Below, one piece after another: positions 1-9,206 of a stretch of 50,006 nt of DNA (position 1 is its first letter; each line of letters opens with the position of its first letter). Position numbers and translations under genes: made by a program. This DNA comes from a virus (Duplodnaviria; Heunggongvirae; Uroviricota; Caudoviricetes): the IMG/VR virus record IMGVR_UViG_3300025697_002467; one strand, written 5' to 3'. The notes under the pieces were generated by a model that saw only the letters and a list, made by a program, of their open reading frames with translations, was not told the origin of the DNA and searched no databases.

Positions 1-88
1 TCTCCTCACCTATTTGGACATTTTCTTCATCCGACTCAAAACAGCCTGTAAGACTTACCACAAGTACCAGTAAAATTAAATATTTCAT
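1..88 (-). CDS. small hydrophobic hypothetical protein, runs off window start
   Basis: AGGAG RBS then ATG at 88; MKYLILLVLGVVVLQAVLSR..., no stop before base 1. Confidence 0.55.
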   Translation of the reverse strand, partial: MKYLILLVLVVSLTGCFESDEENVQIGEE

Positions 89-99
89 CTTTATCTCCT

Positions 100-627
100 T
101 TATTGTTTATATTTCAACATTTCTTTTTGTTCAGATATTAATCGTTTTTCCTCTGCCTTATAAGACACTCCGAACTCAGGTGATTTTTCTTGTATTGTTT
201 CAAGGATAACATCCGAGTCTATTAGTATCTGAATACCTTGATCGACAAACTGTAAGGATTGTTTGAGTGCTTCTGATGTAAAGTCGTTAAGCTCCATTTG
301 AGCTGCTTTTATAAGTGCTGTTGTTTTAACAATGTCTTCTCCACAGAGGTCCTTATGAAGAATACAAATTTGTTTACCGTAGATTTGAAACTTATCTAAT
401 AACAAGATAGCCTGTAATCCGCTGTTTCTTGGGACGGGGTCAATTTTATCCCCAAGACGGAGAATATTTATCAGAACCTCAATAGCACCCAGATTACGTC
501 CGGCCATTTTATGTAACATGGATGGCATCCATTCACCATTATTATCAATTTGCAAGGCATCAAGTTTACAATATTCACTTATAGAGCCCATCACTTTCTC
601 CCTATTAGTATTGCTTATTTGGTTCAA
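100..627 (-). CDS. phage hypothetical protein, paralog of 1209..1631
   Basis: shares NLGA..VL.NIL.LGD.IDP..RN.G..AILLLD.F.IYG.QI..LHK..CGEDIVKT.ALI..AQM with the 1209..1631 product. Confidence 0.8.
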   Translation of the reverse strand: MNQISNTNREKVMGSISEYCKLDALQIDNNGEWMPSMLHKMAGRNLGAIEVLINILRLGDKIDPVPRNSGLQAILLLDKFQIYGKQICILHKDLCGEDIVKTTALIKAAQMELNDFTSEALKQSLQFVDQGIQILIDSDVILETIQEKSPEFGVSYKAEEKRLISEQKEMLKYKQ

Positions 628-817
628 GAGAGAAGAATAAGCAGATGATTTTTAAGTTTGGTTTATTTTGTACGTGTTTGTCTAAAAGGGCCTGGTAGAC
701 AGCTTCTCTTGTTTCATTTTTTACTTTGACTATCCCTCTGGCAGTGTGTGTGTATTCTTTCCAGCCATCATTTACTCTTAAAGTTATTATGTAGAACAAT
801 TTAATTGGTTCTTTCAT
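605..817 (-). CDS. hypothetical protein
   Basis: 70-aa ORF packed in a minus-strand run. Confidence 0.6.
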   Translation of the reverse strand: MKEPIKLFYIITLRVNDGWKEYTHTARGIVKVKNETREAVYQALLDKHVQNKPNLKIICLFFSLEPNKQY

Positions 818-1143
818 TTTTCTCTCCGTTTTTCGTCTTCACGTTTATCGTGGGCTTTATATTCCTCTTTGTCCACAAACCAAGGCACTATCCAACTCTG
901 TGCAAGAGGCCGATTTTGTGAATCATAGGCTTGTTTACCACATCTCAGGGATGGTAGGTCTGGATGTTTCAGAGAATAATCTTTACCGGTCGGGTAGTTA
1001 CTGAAAAAGACTTCATTTTCCCTGCATTCCGGGTGTTGGCTATCGGTACGATCATTGTAATAATTATTACCATCACCCTTTATACTGAATAAGGGACGAG
1101 ACTTATTTTTAGGTGTCCACTTTAGTTTAAACTCTTTTGTCAT
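814..1143 (-). CDS. phage hypothetical protein
   Basis: 109-aa ORF directly downstream of a motif copy; 4-nt overlap with next gene. Confidence 0.75.
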   Translation of the reverse strand: MTKEFKLKWTPKNKSRPLFSIKGDGNNYYNDRTDSQHPECRENEVFFSNYPTGKDYSLKHPDLPSLRCGKQAYDSQNRPLAQSWIVPWFVDKEEYKAHDKREDEKRREK

Positions 1144-1176
1144 AATCTGTTCCTCTTTTTAAGGGTTGTCAATCAC

Positions 1177-1216
1177 TTCTTACTACAACAACCCACAAAA
1201 GTTGGAAACTAAGCCA
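1177..1216 (-). promoter_or_regulatory. repeated 40-bp motif, copy M1
   Basis: TGGCTTAGTTT-CCAACTT-TTGTGGGTTGTTG-TAGTAAGAA; its TAG is the stop codon of 1209..1631. Confidence 0.85.
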
Positions 1217-1631
1217 TTTTAGGCATGATTTCTCCAAGTTTTGGTAATCTCTCTTGAACTGTCTTAAGAACAGCATCTATATCCAGTGTGATTTCGATAC
1301 GTTGGCTAACAAACTGTACGGCTTGTTTAAGTGCCTCTCCGGTCATTTCTTCAAGATCCATCTGAGCCGAGCGTATGAGGGCTATTGTTTTTACAATATC
1401 TTCTCCACAGATGCTTTTGTGGAGAACCCAAATTTGTTCACCATAGATCTCAAACCGGTCTAATAACAGAATAGCCAGTGAGCCCCCATTTCTTGCATCT
1501 GGGTCAATTCGATCACCAAGGTTAAGAATATTCACCAAAACCTTAGTAGCACCCAGATTTCCCTTGGCCATCCTTACGATAGCATTAGTTGACCAATCCC
1601 CAGTAATTTGTAAGTCGTTTAGTTCAGGCAT
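1209..1631 (-). CDS. phage hypothetical protein, paralog of 100..627
   Basis: start re-called at MPELND; clear similarity to 100..627. Confidence 0.8.
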   Translation of the reverse strand: MPELNDLQITGDWSTNAIVRMAKGNLGATKVLVNILNLGDRIDPDARNGGSLAILLLDRFEIYGEQIWVLHKSICGEDIVKTIALIRSAQMDLEEMTGEALKQAVQFVSQRIEITLDIDAVLKTVQERLPKLGEIMPKMA

Positions 1632-1846
1632 TTTTCTCCATCCAATACACATTTCTTGAACCGTTTGACGGTTTGATTGAACCCGACAAGTTTGCCTGTT
1701 AGTTCTTCATCGTAGGCAGAACAAACCCATTTCTCATCTTCTTGAATAGTAAAGACACAAAACGGGCAAGTGATTCCGTTTATAGAGCAGTGTTTTTTGT
1801 CTGCCGGTTTGATTATAACAGAACCAGGTTTTTCAAATTGTATCAT
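1619..1846 (-). CDS. small Cys-rich hypothetical protein
   Basis: 75 aa, C-x5-CPFC-x11-C. Confidence 0.65.
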   Translation of the reverse strand: MIQFEKPGSVIIKPADKKHCSINGITCPFCVFTIQEDEKWVCSAYDEELTGKLVGFNQTVKRFKKCVLDGEKCLN

Positions 1847-1883
1847 TGTTTTTTCCTATTAATTGATTAGTTAAAAAATATCT

Positions 1884-1923
1884 CTCTTACTACAACAACC
1901 CACAACTTTTCAAAACTAAGCCA
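1884..1923 (-). promoter_or_regulatory. repeated motif, copy M2
   Basis: TGGCTTAGTTT-TGAAAAG-TTGTGGGTTGTTG-TAGTAAGAG. Confidence 0.85.
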
Positions 1924-1968
1924 AAAAGCACAACCCCCGTAAGCAGGATTACTCACAGGGGTTGTTAA
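1924..1968 (-). terminator. probable intrinsic terminator abutting motif M2
   Basis: minus strand ACAACCCCTGT...ACGGGGGTTGT stem followed by GCTTTTT. Confidence 0.7.
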
Positions 1969-1969
1969 A

Positions 1970-2130
1970 GCTTCGGTCAGTCCTACAATTAAAACAGTCC
2001 CGACTCGAACAGACTGCAAAAGGAGTCTATATCAAATACAAGAACTATCTGGCAGCTTTTGATATAGACGGAAGGATCATAGAAACCTCAAAAACAACAC
2101 ATGCTGCCAGCACCGCACCATTACTATATT
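1970..2130 (-). ncRNA. candidate structured non-coding RNA
   Basis: gene-free interval; perfect 12-bp stem 2025-2036/2058-2069 whose loop (2049-2056) is complementary to 2103-2110; CAGTC/GACTG hairpin with TTCGAGT loop; upstream TATAAT; downstream terminator. Confidence 0.45.
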
Positions 2131-2167
2131 ATACCCTACTTCTCGTAATTATAGAATTTCTTTAAGG

Positions 2168-2380
2168 TCATACCGTAGGTTCTCCTTTCAAGGCCAACAG
2201 CCTTGGGCAATCATCTGGGATTCTGAGCCCACTTATCATATTGTCAGGTAATACTTTCTCTTGGCAGGCATAACCAACGAAATGTTCAGTAATGACCATA
2301 TCATAGCAATCAGGGCAATCACTACACCATTCTATCGTCGTGGCTGGTATCAGAACGGTATTTTTCTTCTTTTCAGTCAT
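2168..2380 (-). CDS. small Cys-rich hypothetical protein
   Basis: CSDCPDC...C...IPDDCP. Confidence 0.7.
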   Translation of the reverse strand: MTEKKKNTVLIPATTIEWCSDCPDCYDMVITEHFVGYACQEKVLPDNMISGLRIPDDCPRLLALKGEPTV

Positions 2381-2699
2381 TCTTTGGCCCTCTCAAGGCT
2401 GCATATAAAATTTCAAGAGTGTCTTCTTCAATGGTTCCTGGAAGACGGTCGATGGTGTACTCCAACTGATTAAGTTTATCCTGCATGATTCGTTGCCACT
2501 CTCCGATATTCTGGAGATGCTCCATAGCATGTTTTGCCCAACCATCTGTCTCTGACAGGTAACCGTCTCGGCTACCGTGGTCTGGGATAGGTTCAGGATG
2601 CATGTTCAGAGCTGATTGAGCACTGATAATCTCACTGGATATTGTTTCAAGGATGTCTTTCATTCCCTTGGTATTATCTGGTTTTACAGGTGTTCCCAT
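2373..2699 (-). CDS. hypothetical protein
   Basis: start re-called at MGTPVK with GGAG RBS. Confidence 0.7.
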   Translation of the reverse strand: MGTPVKPDNTKGMKDILETISSEIISAQSALNMHPEPIPDHGSRDGYLSETDGWAKHAMEHLQNIGEWQRIMQDKLNQLEYTIDRLPGTIEEDTLEILYAALRGPKND

Positions 2700-2709
2700 T
2701 ATTCTACTC

Positions 2710-3093
2710 CTATTCCACTCCACAGTCAGGGTCGATGATAAATTCGGCATCAGCAAACAGTTCCGTGATATCAATCAACATTTTCTGGGTTTTGTTGTTT
2801 TCTTCTTGAAGGGCATACTCACGTTTGATACGTTCTAATTTCCATGCAAGCAAATGTATTCTCATACCTGCCGGTATGCCTTTGAGGGAGTCCACATTGA
2901 AGCTGATTCGTCCTACTACTAAATTACCGGGCTTGATGACTTCCAAGTCTATTTCCCAACCATCACTGTCTTTATTGGTTTTATTGTTGCCTTTCGGGGC
3001 ATTGATGACACCTCTGATGGTCAAATCACCGACAGTGGTATTAAAGCCTCTGTTGTTGAATCCAGGTCTAGTTTTACCGATTTCTATTTTCAT
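2710..3093 (-). CDS. hypothetical protein
   Basis: start re-called at MKIEIG; TAATG coupling with upstream gene. Confidence 0.7.
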   Translation of the reverse strand: MKIEIGKTRPGFNNRGFNTTVGDLTIRGVINAPKGNNKTNKDSDGWEIDLEVIKPGNLVVGRISFNVDSLKGIPAGMRIHLLAWKLERIKREYALQEENNKTQKMLIDITELFADAEFIIDPDCGVE

Positions 3094-3395
3094 TATGCGT
3101 TTCCTTGTCCTTTCCAGTACCAGCAATGTTTTCCGATAGCTGCTAAGAGCTTGAGTTCCACGAGAACCCGACGAAAATGAGAGGTCATTTCATCATTGTG
3201 ATCGAAAGCATTGTTGAAGGGGTATCCAATAATTTGGCATTTCTTCTGCCAATATTCTTTCATGACGGCTTTAAGGGTGGCATCAGGGATGTATTCGTCA
3301 AGTTGTGGCCCGACTTCACTCATAGCCTGTTGAAATTTCTTGGCTTGGGCTTGGTCATTTGATAGTAAGGTTTGTTCATAGTTTTTCATGGCCAT
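3093..3395 (-). CDS. hypothetical protein
   Basis: AGGAG RBS; 100 aa. Confidence 0.7.
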   Translation of the reverse strand: MAMKNYEQTLLSNDQAQAKKFQQAMSEVGPQLDEYIPDATLKAVMKEYWQKKCQIIGYPFNNAFDHNDEMTSHFRRVLVELKLLAAIGKHCWYWKGQGNA

Positions 3396-3400
3396 ACTCC

Positions 3401-3655
3401 TTATTTGAGGGGCTTACCGACTTCAACACGAATGACTGGTCCTGAGCCGATGGTGAAGTCTTCAATACCAACGGAAACTAGAACACCACCAGTATAAGAA
3501 AAGTCTCCACAGACAACGTAGGGTCGGAACATCTGGATACTGCCATCAGGGTTGATACATTTGACCGTAGCGTGGCCGTATGACCCCTCAAGGCTTATAT
3601 CAAGTACGTCACCAAGGTTGATGTCTTTCAAGTCTTGTAGTTTTTCAGGTTTCAT
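3401..3655 (-). CDS. hypothetical protein
   Basis: AGGAG RBS; first gene after motif M3. Confidence 0.7.
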   Translation of the reverse strand: MKPEKLQDLKDINLGDVLDISLEGSYGHATVKCINPDGSIQMFRPYVVCGDFSYTGGVLVSVGIEDFTIGSGPVIRVEVGKPLK

Positions 3656-3687
3656 TGTTCAACTCCTATTTTGAAGGTTTTGTTGCC

Positions 3688-3728
3688 GTTCTTACTACAA
3701 CAACCCACAAAAACTAGAAACTAAGCCA
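3688..3728 (-). promoter_or_regulatory. repeated motif, copy M3
   Basis: TGGCTTAGTTT-CTAGTTT-TTGTGGGTTGTTG-TAGTAAGAA. Confidence 0.85.
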
Positions 3729-3854
3729 CAACCTATTTATCTGGGAGGGGATGGATCATAGTGTCCATATTGAATCCTTTTAGGTTCTGTACTGGCTACA
3801 TTGAGGGTAATTGATACAGACATCTATGGATTTCTCAAAATGTTTGTTCATAAT

Positions 3855-4076
3855 TTAATCCTTTTCTGGGTAAACAGTTGTTTCAGCATCTGCCATAAAG
3901 TCCTCTTTTTCAATAATACCCTCATCCTTGGCACACTTGGGGCACAAGACAGTACTCTCATACCCTGAAGGTGTCCAACCAATCTCACCAATCAAACGAT
4001 TGACGGTGTACGCCGGAGTCGTTACATGTATTTCTTTAGTTCTCCCACAACCTTTACAGATTATATTCAGTTTCAT
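3855..4076 (-). CDS. zinc-ribbon hypothetical protein
   Basis: CKGC...GW...CPKC; start re-called at MKLNII. Confidence 0.7.
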   Translation of the reverse strand: MKLNIICKGCGRTKEIHVTTPAYTVNRLIGEIGWTPSGYESTVLCPKCAKDEGIIEKEDFMADAETTVYPEKD

Positions 4077-4080
4077 AATT

Positions 4081-4767
4081 TTAATCCTTTTCATCCTTGT
4101 GTTCAAGGATATTTCCAAGTTTAACTGTAAGATCCTTTATAACAGCAATCCGGGCATCCTCATAAGAGGTAATGAGCCCTTTGCTTTCAGTGTTTTCGGC
4201 TGCCTTAACCACTTTAGTCAGACCTTGAAACAGGTCTTCCAACTTGAGTAGCCCAGCAACAGCATCCCAACCTTTCCGTACATCACCAAAGAAAGCATCT
4301 ATGGCAAAGTCCATAACGTCTTCTGATAGTTTGTTGTCAAATCCCATGTAATCCTGAATATTTTTCCTTATGTTGAGGCCTTTATCATTAACAATGCCTG
4401 CTATGTTTCTTACATAGAATTCTATCAGAAATGAGATGATTTCCGGTTTCGGGATCATTTGAGGTTCATGGACCAAAGGACAGAACTTACTTAGTTCTCC
4501 GGGCGGAGTTGCTTTTTGTTCATCCGACAAGGGTGCATAGAATGTAGTCCGACCGATATGTTCAGGGTGTTTACAGGTAGTGTAGCCTCGGACAGGTGGG
4601 TCTGATAGGGGTCTTGATAGGGGTCTGTAGCCCGGCCCCGCTGGTTTTGATAGAGGGCAATCCTCACAACGGGTGATTTTCATCTGTAGAAGTCGAGGTG
4701 TTTCTTGTTTTTCTTGTTCAAGAAATAAAGTTTTGTTTGGGTCACCTAAAGTATGTTGTGGTTTCAT
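4081..4767 (-). CDS. hypothetical protein, paralog of the N-terminal half of 9479..10552
   Basis: C..CP..C.HP..CPL...P.P..I.FL.EFY and SY..AR blocks shared. Confidence 0.75.
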   Translation of the reverse strand: MKPQHTLGDPNKTLFLEQEKQETPRLLQMKITRCEDCPLSKPAGPGYRPLSRPLSDPPVRGYTTCKHPEHIGRTTFYAPLSDEQKATPPGELSKFCPLVHEPQMIPKPEIISFLIEFYVRNIAGIVNDKGLNIRKNIQDYMGFDNKLSEDVMDFAIDAFFGDVRKGWDAVAGLLKLEDLFQGLTKVVKAAENTESKGLITSYEDARIAVIKDLTVKLGNILEHKDEKD

Positions 4768-4778
4768 AATAGTTTTCC

Positions 4779-5099
4779 TTAGTGAATTATCTCCTTAGCA
4801 AGAGGGTCTACCTGTCTCATAACACTCGGCCCTTTACACATATCACGGGCAAATTCGTTAACTTTGATGATAAATTCAAGGGTGTTATACTCAGAGTCTT
4901 GGAAACAACCCCACTCTGTAATCAGATACTGGAGGAATACAACACCTTCGATATCCCCTCTCACAGATAAAAGATTAATGTAAGCAAAGGTGTCCCAAAA
5001 GGCATCCAGTAACTCATTCGTGGCTCTGGGGTCATTTATACTATAGCCTATTCGGGTTGCTGTTGCTTCTCTTCGTTTCTTTAGTTCTTCCCGTTTCAT
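4779..5099 (-). CDS. hypothetical protein
   Basis: start re-called at MKREEL; overlaps upstream stop. Confidence 0.65.
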   Translation of the reverse strand: MKREELKKRREATATRIGYSINDPRATNELLDAFWDTFAYINLLSVRGDIEGVVFLQYLITEWGCFQDSEYNTLEFIIKVNEFARDMCKGPSVMRQVDPLAKEIIH

Positions 5100-5728
5100 T
5101 TTGGGAATACTCCTTTGGCACATTCCCCACCATACCGCATGAAGGATTTTTTCAGGATATCGTCTTCAAATTCTTGGTCTCGTTCGTCAGATTGTCTCAG
5201 GGCATTGGAAATGGCAGTTGCAATCAACAAAAGTCTGCTCTGAGGTACCATTGGGGCACCGTAGTATTCAGAACGCGTGTAACACTCCGGTAGGGAAAAC
5301 ATACCCAGAGTGATTAGTTCTTCACGAGATACGTCAGGAGGAACTGTGATATAATTAATAATGTAGTTGTTAAGTGTAACTGTTCGGACTTCTGAACTAC
5401 CTTTAACATCAGTCTCCTCATCCCATTTGACCTCTAGGACAACTTTTTGAAGGACTGAATGCCGTCTGTCCAGTTCTCCGATCAATCCGTTGATCTTCAT
5501 TCTGGTTTTATTAGGTACGCTTTCCAGATCAAGGGTCTTGAAAGTGACTGTTTCATCCACATGGTAGGGTGGGTCACTTCGAGCAATATTATATTCTCCG
5601 ATAATACGGGCTTCAACGTGATACCCAGCGTTATGTTGAATCACTGTGCCTACAATTTTGATTTTCTGAAACGCGGGTTCTGTGAAGTCCCAGCGTCTAG
5701 TAGTCCCAGGTGCTTGAATTAGTCTCAT
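5096..5728 (-). CDS. hypothetical protein
   Basis: 210-aa ORF in minus-strand run. Confidence 0.75.
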   Translation of the reverse strand: MRLIQAPGTTRRWDFTEPAFQKIKIVGTVIQHNAGYHVEARIIGEYNIARSDPPYHVDETVTFKTLDLESVPNKTRMKINGLIGELDRRHSVLQKVVLEVKWDEETDVKGSSEVRTVTLNNYIINYITVPPDVSREELITLGMFSLPECYTRSEYYGAPMVPQSRLLLIATAISNALRQSDERDQEFEDDILKKSFMRYGGECAKGVFPK

Positions 5729-5729
5729 A

Positions 5730-5942
5730 TTAAAAACTTTCTGTTTTGAGTAAGTCGTATCTTGCTTTTTCCTTATTTAGTCTCGTAAATTCTACCCCTA
5801 TAGAATCCAATTCCTTCATAGCCAAATGATGAGGCATTTGAGACTCTTTAAGAGTTTTCACTCTTGATTCCAACTTTTCCATATCTTGTCTTAGGAAAAA
5901 GGCACAAGTAAATGTTTCGATTATTCCATCTGTTGTCATCAA
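5730..5942 (-). CDS. hypothetical protein
   Basis: 70-aa ORF with GGAGG RBS. Confidence 0.65.
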   Translation of the reverse strand: MMTTDGIIETFTCAFFLRQDMEKLESRVKTLKESQMPHHLAMKELDSIGVEFTRLNKEKARYDLLKTESF

Positions 5943-5948
5943 GCCCTC

Positions 5949-6266
5949 CTAAAAGACAGGGTTTTTCTTTATTGTCTCTTGAGTTTTTTTGGTTGTCTCT
6001 GTTTTACCACAGAGATTACAAATCCTTGTCCATTGAGGTGTTTCAGTACCAGAAACATAATGAGGCAATCGACGGTCAATTCCCATAGTGCCTACAGGAT
6101 CACCCTCGATTTGGTATCCTTTTGTAATGATCGGGTCATAGACGGGATCACTCCATTGGTGGTTGCAGTTATGCTCACAAGCATCAAGTTGTCGTTTGAG
6201 GCTTTCAAGATTATCCTCAGCTTTCGTTATTTGTTTTCGTAGGTAGCTTGCATCAATTATAGTCAT
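5949..6266 (-). CDS. hypothetical protein with coiled coil and CxH/CxxC motifs
   Basis: start re-called at MTIIDA with AGGAG RBS. Confidence 0.7.
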   Translation of the reverse strand: MTIIDASYLRKQITKAEDNLESLKRQLDACEHNCNHQWSDPVYDPIITKGYQIEGDPVGTMGIDRRLPHYVSGTETPQWTRICNLCGKTETTKKTQETIKKNPVF

Positions 6267-6300
6267 CGGGTTCTCCTTTTCATAATATCTTACCCCATTT

Positions 6301-6615
6301 TTAGGCATCAGAAGTGAGTTTAGCTTGAATGAGTTTAATGTCCTCATCGGTCAGGTCTTCATTTTCACCAGTGTCCATGTTGCAACGGACAATAGCAAAA
6401 TCACCATGGATCATGTCTTGGAGTTCGGGGATAAAGCGGTTGGGGAGTAAATTAGTGAGCTTGCCTTCTTCATTACAGATAATAGCAAGGGGTTCATTCA
6501 TCTCGAACCCGACCATTTCAATGGGTCCACCAACGACGTTTTGCAGCCCTTCAAGGCTGTTCTCAATATCAGTGATTTTAGGTTCATTTCCTACAGGGAC
6601 AATTATAACTTTCAT
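6301..6615 (-). CDS. DUF3846-family protein
   Basis: LEGLQNVVGGPIE...ICNEEGKL..LLPNR...IHGDF signature. Confidence 0.8.
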   Translation of the reverse strand: MKVIIVPVGNEPKITDIENSLEGLQNVVGGPIEMVGFEMNEPLAIICNEEGKLTNLLPNRFIPELQDMIHGDFAIVRCNMDTGENEDLTDEDIKLIQAKLTSDA

Positions 6616-6639
6616 AGTTTCTCTCCTTGGTTGTCAGTA

Positions 6640-6679
6640 TTCTTACTACAACAACCCACAAAAAAGAGAAACTAAGCCG
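6640..6679 (-). promoter_or_regulatory. repeated motif, copy M4
   Basis: CGGCTTAGTTT-CTCTTTT-TTGTGGGTTGTTG-TAGTAAGAA. Confidence 0.85.
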
Positions 6680-6684
6680 TAGGA

Positions 6685-7011
6685 TTATTTGAGTGTCTGT
6701 TTTACTGTTGCAAAGAACTTAGCATACAGACTTTTAACTATAGCATTATAAACAGGAGGTGAGAGATCAGTAAGGCCTATAACATCAGGATTCCCGTATT
6801 TTTTGAGCTGTCTGAGAGCAATGTCTGCATCCCCTGTCAGGAATCGAACGAAAGCATCAAGAACCCAGATCATTTTCGTGTTGTTAAAGTGAATGTCAAA
6901 ATTAGCCTGTTTCAAGATCGGAACGATGTGTTTCCGAGTCTCAGGGCGTTTATTGGCTATCTTGGTCAGTTTTTTAATAGAATCGGTCATAATATCCTCC
7001 AGTCGTTTCAA
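6685..7011 (-). CDS. hypothetical protein
   Basis: 108 aa; ends 6 nt before motif M4. Confidence 0.7.
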   Translation of the reverse strand: MKRLEDIMTDSIKKLTKIANKRPETRKHIVPILKQANFDIHFNNTKMIWVLDAFVRFLTGDADIALRQLKKYGNPDVIGLTDLSPPVYNAIVKSLYAKFFATVKQTLK

Positions 7012-7044
7012 CTACTAAGAGGGATTGATAGGCTGATTATTGCT

Positions 7045-7629
7045 TTAGACTCTTTCTATAACCTTGAGGCATTTCAAGGCTAATTGTCGTCCAAGCTGCT
7101 TTGCACCTGAAAGATTTCTGTTAACCCACATAATTTGTTCAGTGTAAATACTGGAACCTTCAGCTTTACTAGCTCCTGAGACACGAAGCCAAGTATGAGC
7201 GTCACAACCCTTCTGGTTAGTTCGTATATGTATTTTCACTAGTCCTTTCGGGGTGTTAACATCTGCCCAAACAGCACTGTCATGACGACGTTTCCAAGGT
7301 ATTCTACCAAGAGATGTATTAGGGACGGCATCCTTCATATCCCACTCTTTATAGGTGTTCAGAGCCATTTGACGTGCAATCCTTTTGGCTTGGGCGTAGC
7401 TGCCTGTCGTGGCATAGTTCCTGATGACTTTCCGGCCATCTTCTCGTCGAGCAAAAACTCGGATATCAATAGCATCTTCACAAGTTTTATTATCACAAGT
7501 ATGACTCAGATATAAATAAATTTTCACATCAGGTAAAGGGACAATGGCCTCTACTCTTGCATTGTGTGCAAGTACAGGATTGGTTTCTGCCCACGTAATT
7601 CGTTTAGGGAATCCTTTAAGTGGTGTCAT
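7045..7629 (-). CDS. hypothetical protein with internal two-domain repeat
   Basis: halves end AQAKRIARQMALNT and SGAKQLGRQLALKC. Confidence 0.75.
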   Translation of the reverse strand: MTPLKGFPKRITWAETNPVLAHNARVEAIVPLPDVKIYLYLSHTCDNKTCEDAIDIRVFARREDGRKVIRNYATTGSYAQAKRIARQMALNTYKEWDMKDAVPNTSLGRIPWKRRHDSAVWADVNTPKGLVKIHIRTNQKGCDAHTWLRVSGASKAEGSSIYTEQIMWVNRNLSGAKQLGRQLALKCLKVIERV

Positions 7630-7659
7630 CTCTTACCTCTCTTATCATCAGATACCTTC

Positions 7660-7833
7660 TTACTTGTTAACGGTGATTAAACCATCCACATCTCGTAGGG
7701 GTTTCCGACGAGGTGTTCTGACAGGTTTGGATGTTATTTTTATACCGGACTCAGCTGCCATTTTTCTAATAGCAGCCAAAACTTCATCCAGTTCCTTTTG
7801 TCTTTCAGGAGTCGGCCTTGGTATCCAGAGCAT
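7660..7833 (-). CDS. small hypothetical protein absent from the supplied ORF track
   Basis: MLWIPRPTPERQKELDEVLAAIRKMAAESG..., 57 aa, TAATG-coupled to 7833..8297. Confidence 0.6.
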   Translation of the reverse strand: MLWIPRPTPERQKELDEVLAAIRKMAAESGIKITSKPVRTPRRKPLRDVDGLITVNK

Positions 7834-8297
7834 TATTCTATCTCCAGGAAAATGAGGAACTTATCGAACATTTCCTTGTCTGTAGTGAAAAATACATCAT
7901 TTACAATATCCAACCATGCTACAGTCTTATATTTACCCTGTAAGGATTCCCGTATCATGGCGGGTGACCCTGATTTGGCCAGAGTTTGGATGTCTTCGAT
8001 ACACTGGTCTATGACCTTTGACGGGGCAAAAATGTGAAAAGTTTTGCCACTGTATTCAACGGCTGATTTGGTGTAATCTTTCTGATTTCCGTTGATCCGA
8101 GTCAAGCATTCAGGCAGTGCTGACCACTCAAACTCAGATCGTCCCATATAATCAAAAGACAAGATTGGGATGAGTTCCTCCACGGCTTCCGGGGTCAGGC
8201 CGTGGCCACCTCCACCAAAAGGCATCTGGAATAGTCTGGGGGTCATATTAGCCTTGGGAGGCTCGATTCTTTGGATTCTCTCTGAATTTAATATCAT
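7833..8297 (-). CDS. phage hypothetical protein
   Basis: FDYMGRSEFEWSALP block; AGGAG RBS. Confidence 0.75.
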   Translation of the reverse strand: MILNSERIQRIEPPKANMTPRLFQMPFGGGGHGLTPEAVEELIPILSFDYMGRSEFEWSALPECLTRINGNQKDYTKSAVEYSGKTFHIFAPSKVIDQCIEDIQTLAKSGSPAMIRESLQGKYKTVAWLDIVNDVFFTTDKEMFDKFLIFLEIE

Positions 8298-8300
8298 GTT

Positions 8301-8549
8301 TTAAACTCCTGCCAGCCACGGTATGTAAGCTGAGAAATTGTGAGCAATGATGCTCCAACCTATTTCACAAAGGTTAAAAACCAGTAGCCCAAGAGCAAAG
8401 TTAGACAGGGCATTAAAGATCACGGCTGTTTTGTGAGTGAGTACAGGATCGTTTACAAAGAAACCTGTACAGAACTGACTGATGAATTTCAGGACAACAA
8501 ACAGAGCAAATGCTTGAGGTACTGTGGAAAAAGTTGTTTCAATGGGCAT
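8301..8549 (-). CDS. small membrane protein
   Basis: two hydrophobic segments; AGGAG RBS. Confidence 0.65.
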   Translation of the reverse strand: MPIETTFSTVPQAFALFVVLKFISQFCTGFFVNDPVLTHKTAVIFNALSNFALGLLVFNLCEIGWSIIAHNFSAYIPWLAGV

Positions 8550-8638
8550 TACATATCTCCTTATGTTTTTTGGACAATGTTATATTTCTTCAAGGTATCC
8601 AGCCGAACATCACAGGTTTTCTCTCATTTTTTTTTCAT

Positions 8639-9166
8639 TTAATTCTCCTGTAAATGTTTATTCCTGACTGTCGTGACATGTGCCACAATGGAGTCAGTTC
8701 TTGTCATCCGTTTGTCTTTGGTGTGGTGTTCAAAGGTCATATCTGTGATAACGGCTTTTGGTTTATCCAATACTTCTTGCGGGATTGAATTCGGCCATAC
8801 CGGTTTTATAGTCTTAAACTCACAGGTAACTCGGAGAGTCACATTTTTCATGTTGGGGATGTGGATAGTTGAACCACTGAGTTTCCCACCGTGTCCGACT
8901 GCTTTCAAGGCATCGTTGATGGGGCCTAAAAAATTATTTATTGCTTGGACTCTTGTATTTGTAGCCTTGTCAAAACAAGCCTTATGGTAAATACCGTTCA
9001 GCATTGGGTAATCGGTATTACCCAAACGTACCCAGTAGGCTTTAGTGCCTTTGTCTACAGGTTTTCCGCAGCAAGGGCAGCCATTTGTGGTTTGGTGGAT
9101 GAACACGAAGTCTGAGTTTTCTTTGAGGTATTCACCTTCTTCTTTGGTGTAAGTTTTCATTGCCAT
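8639..9166 (-). CDS. hypothetical protein, paralog of 9207..9410
   Basis: start re-called at MAMKTYTKEE with AGGAG RBS; CPCCG...Y.V...YH..C. Confidence 0.75.
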   Translation of the reverse strand: MAMKTYTKEEGEYLKENSDFVFIHQTTNGCPCCGKPVDKGTKAYWVRLGNTDYPMLNGIYHKACFDKATNTRVQAINNFLGPINDALKAVGHGGKLSGSTIHIPNMKNVTLRVTCEFKTIKPVWPNSIPQEVLDKPKAVITDMTFEHHTKDKRMTRTDSIVAHVTTVRNKHLQEN

Positions 9167-9206
9167 TGTTTTTCTCCTGTTAAAAAGTATCTCTCTTGTG
9201 CATAAC

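Noticed and set aside
1990-2020. tRNA gene, suggested by GTTCGAG on the minus strand
   Set aside because: No acceptor stem, D arm or anticodon arm can be built around it; kept only as part of the ncRNA candidate.
8570-8638. Possible phase-variable A9 tract after an ATG
   Set aside because: No tract length gives a convincing ORF; the reading frames stay very short.
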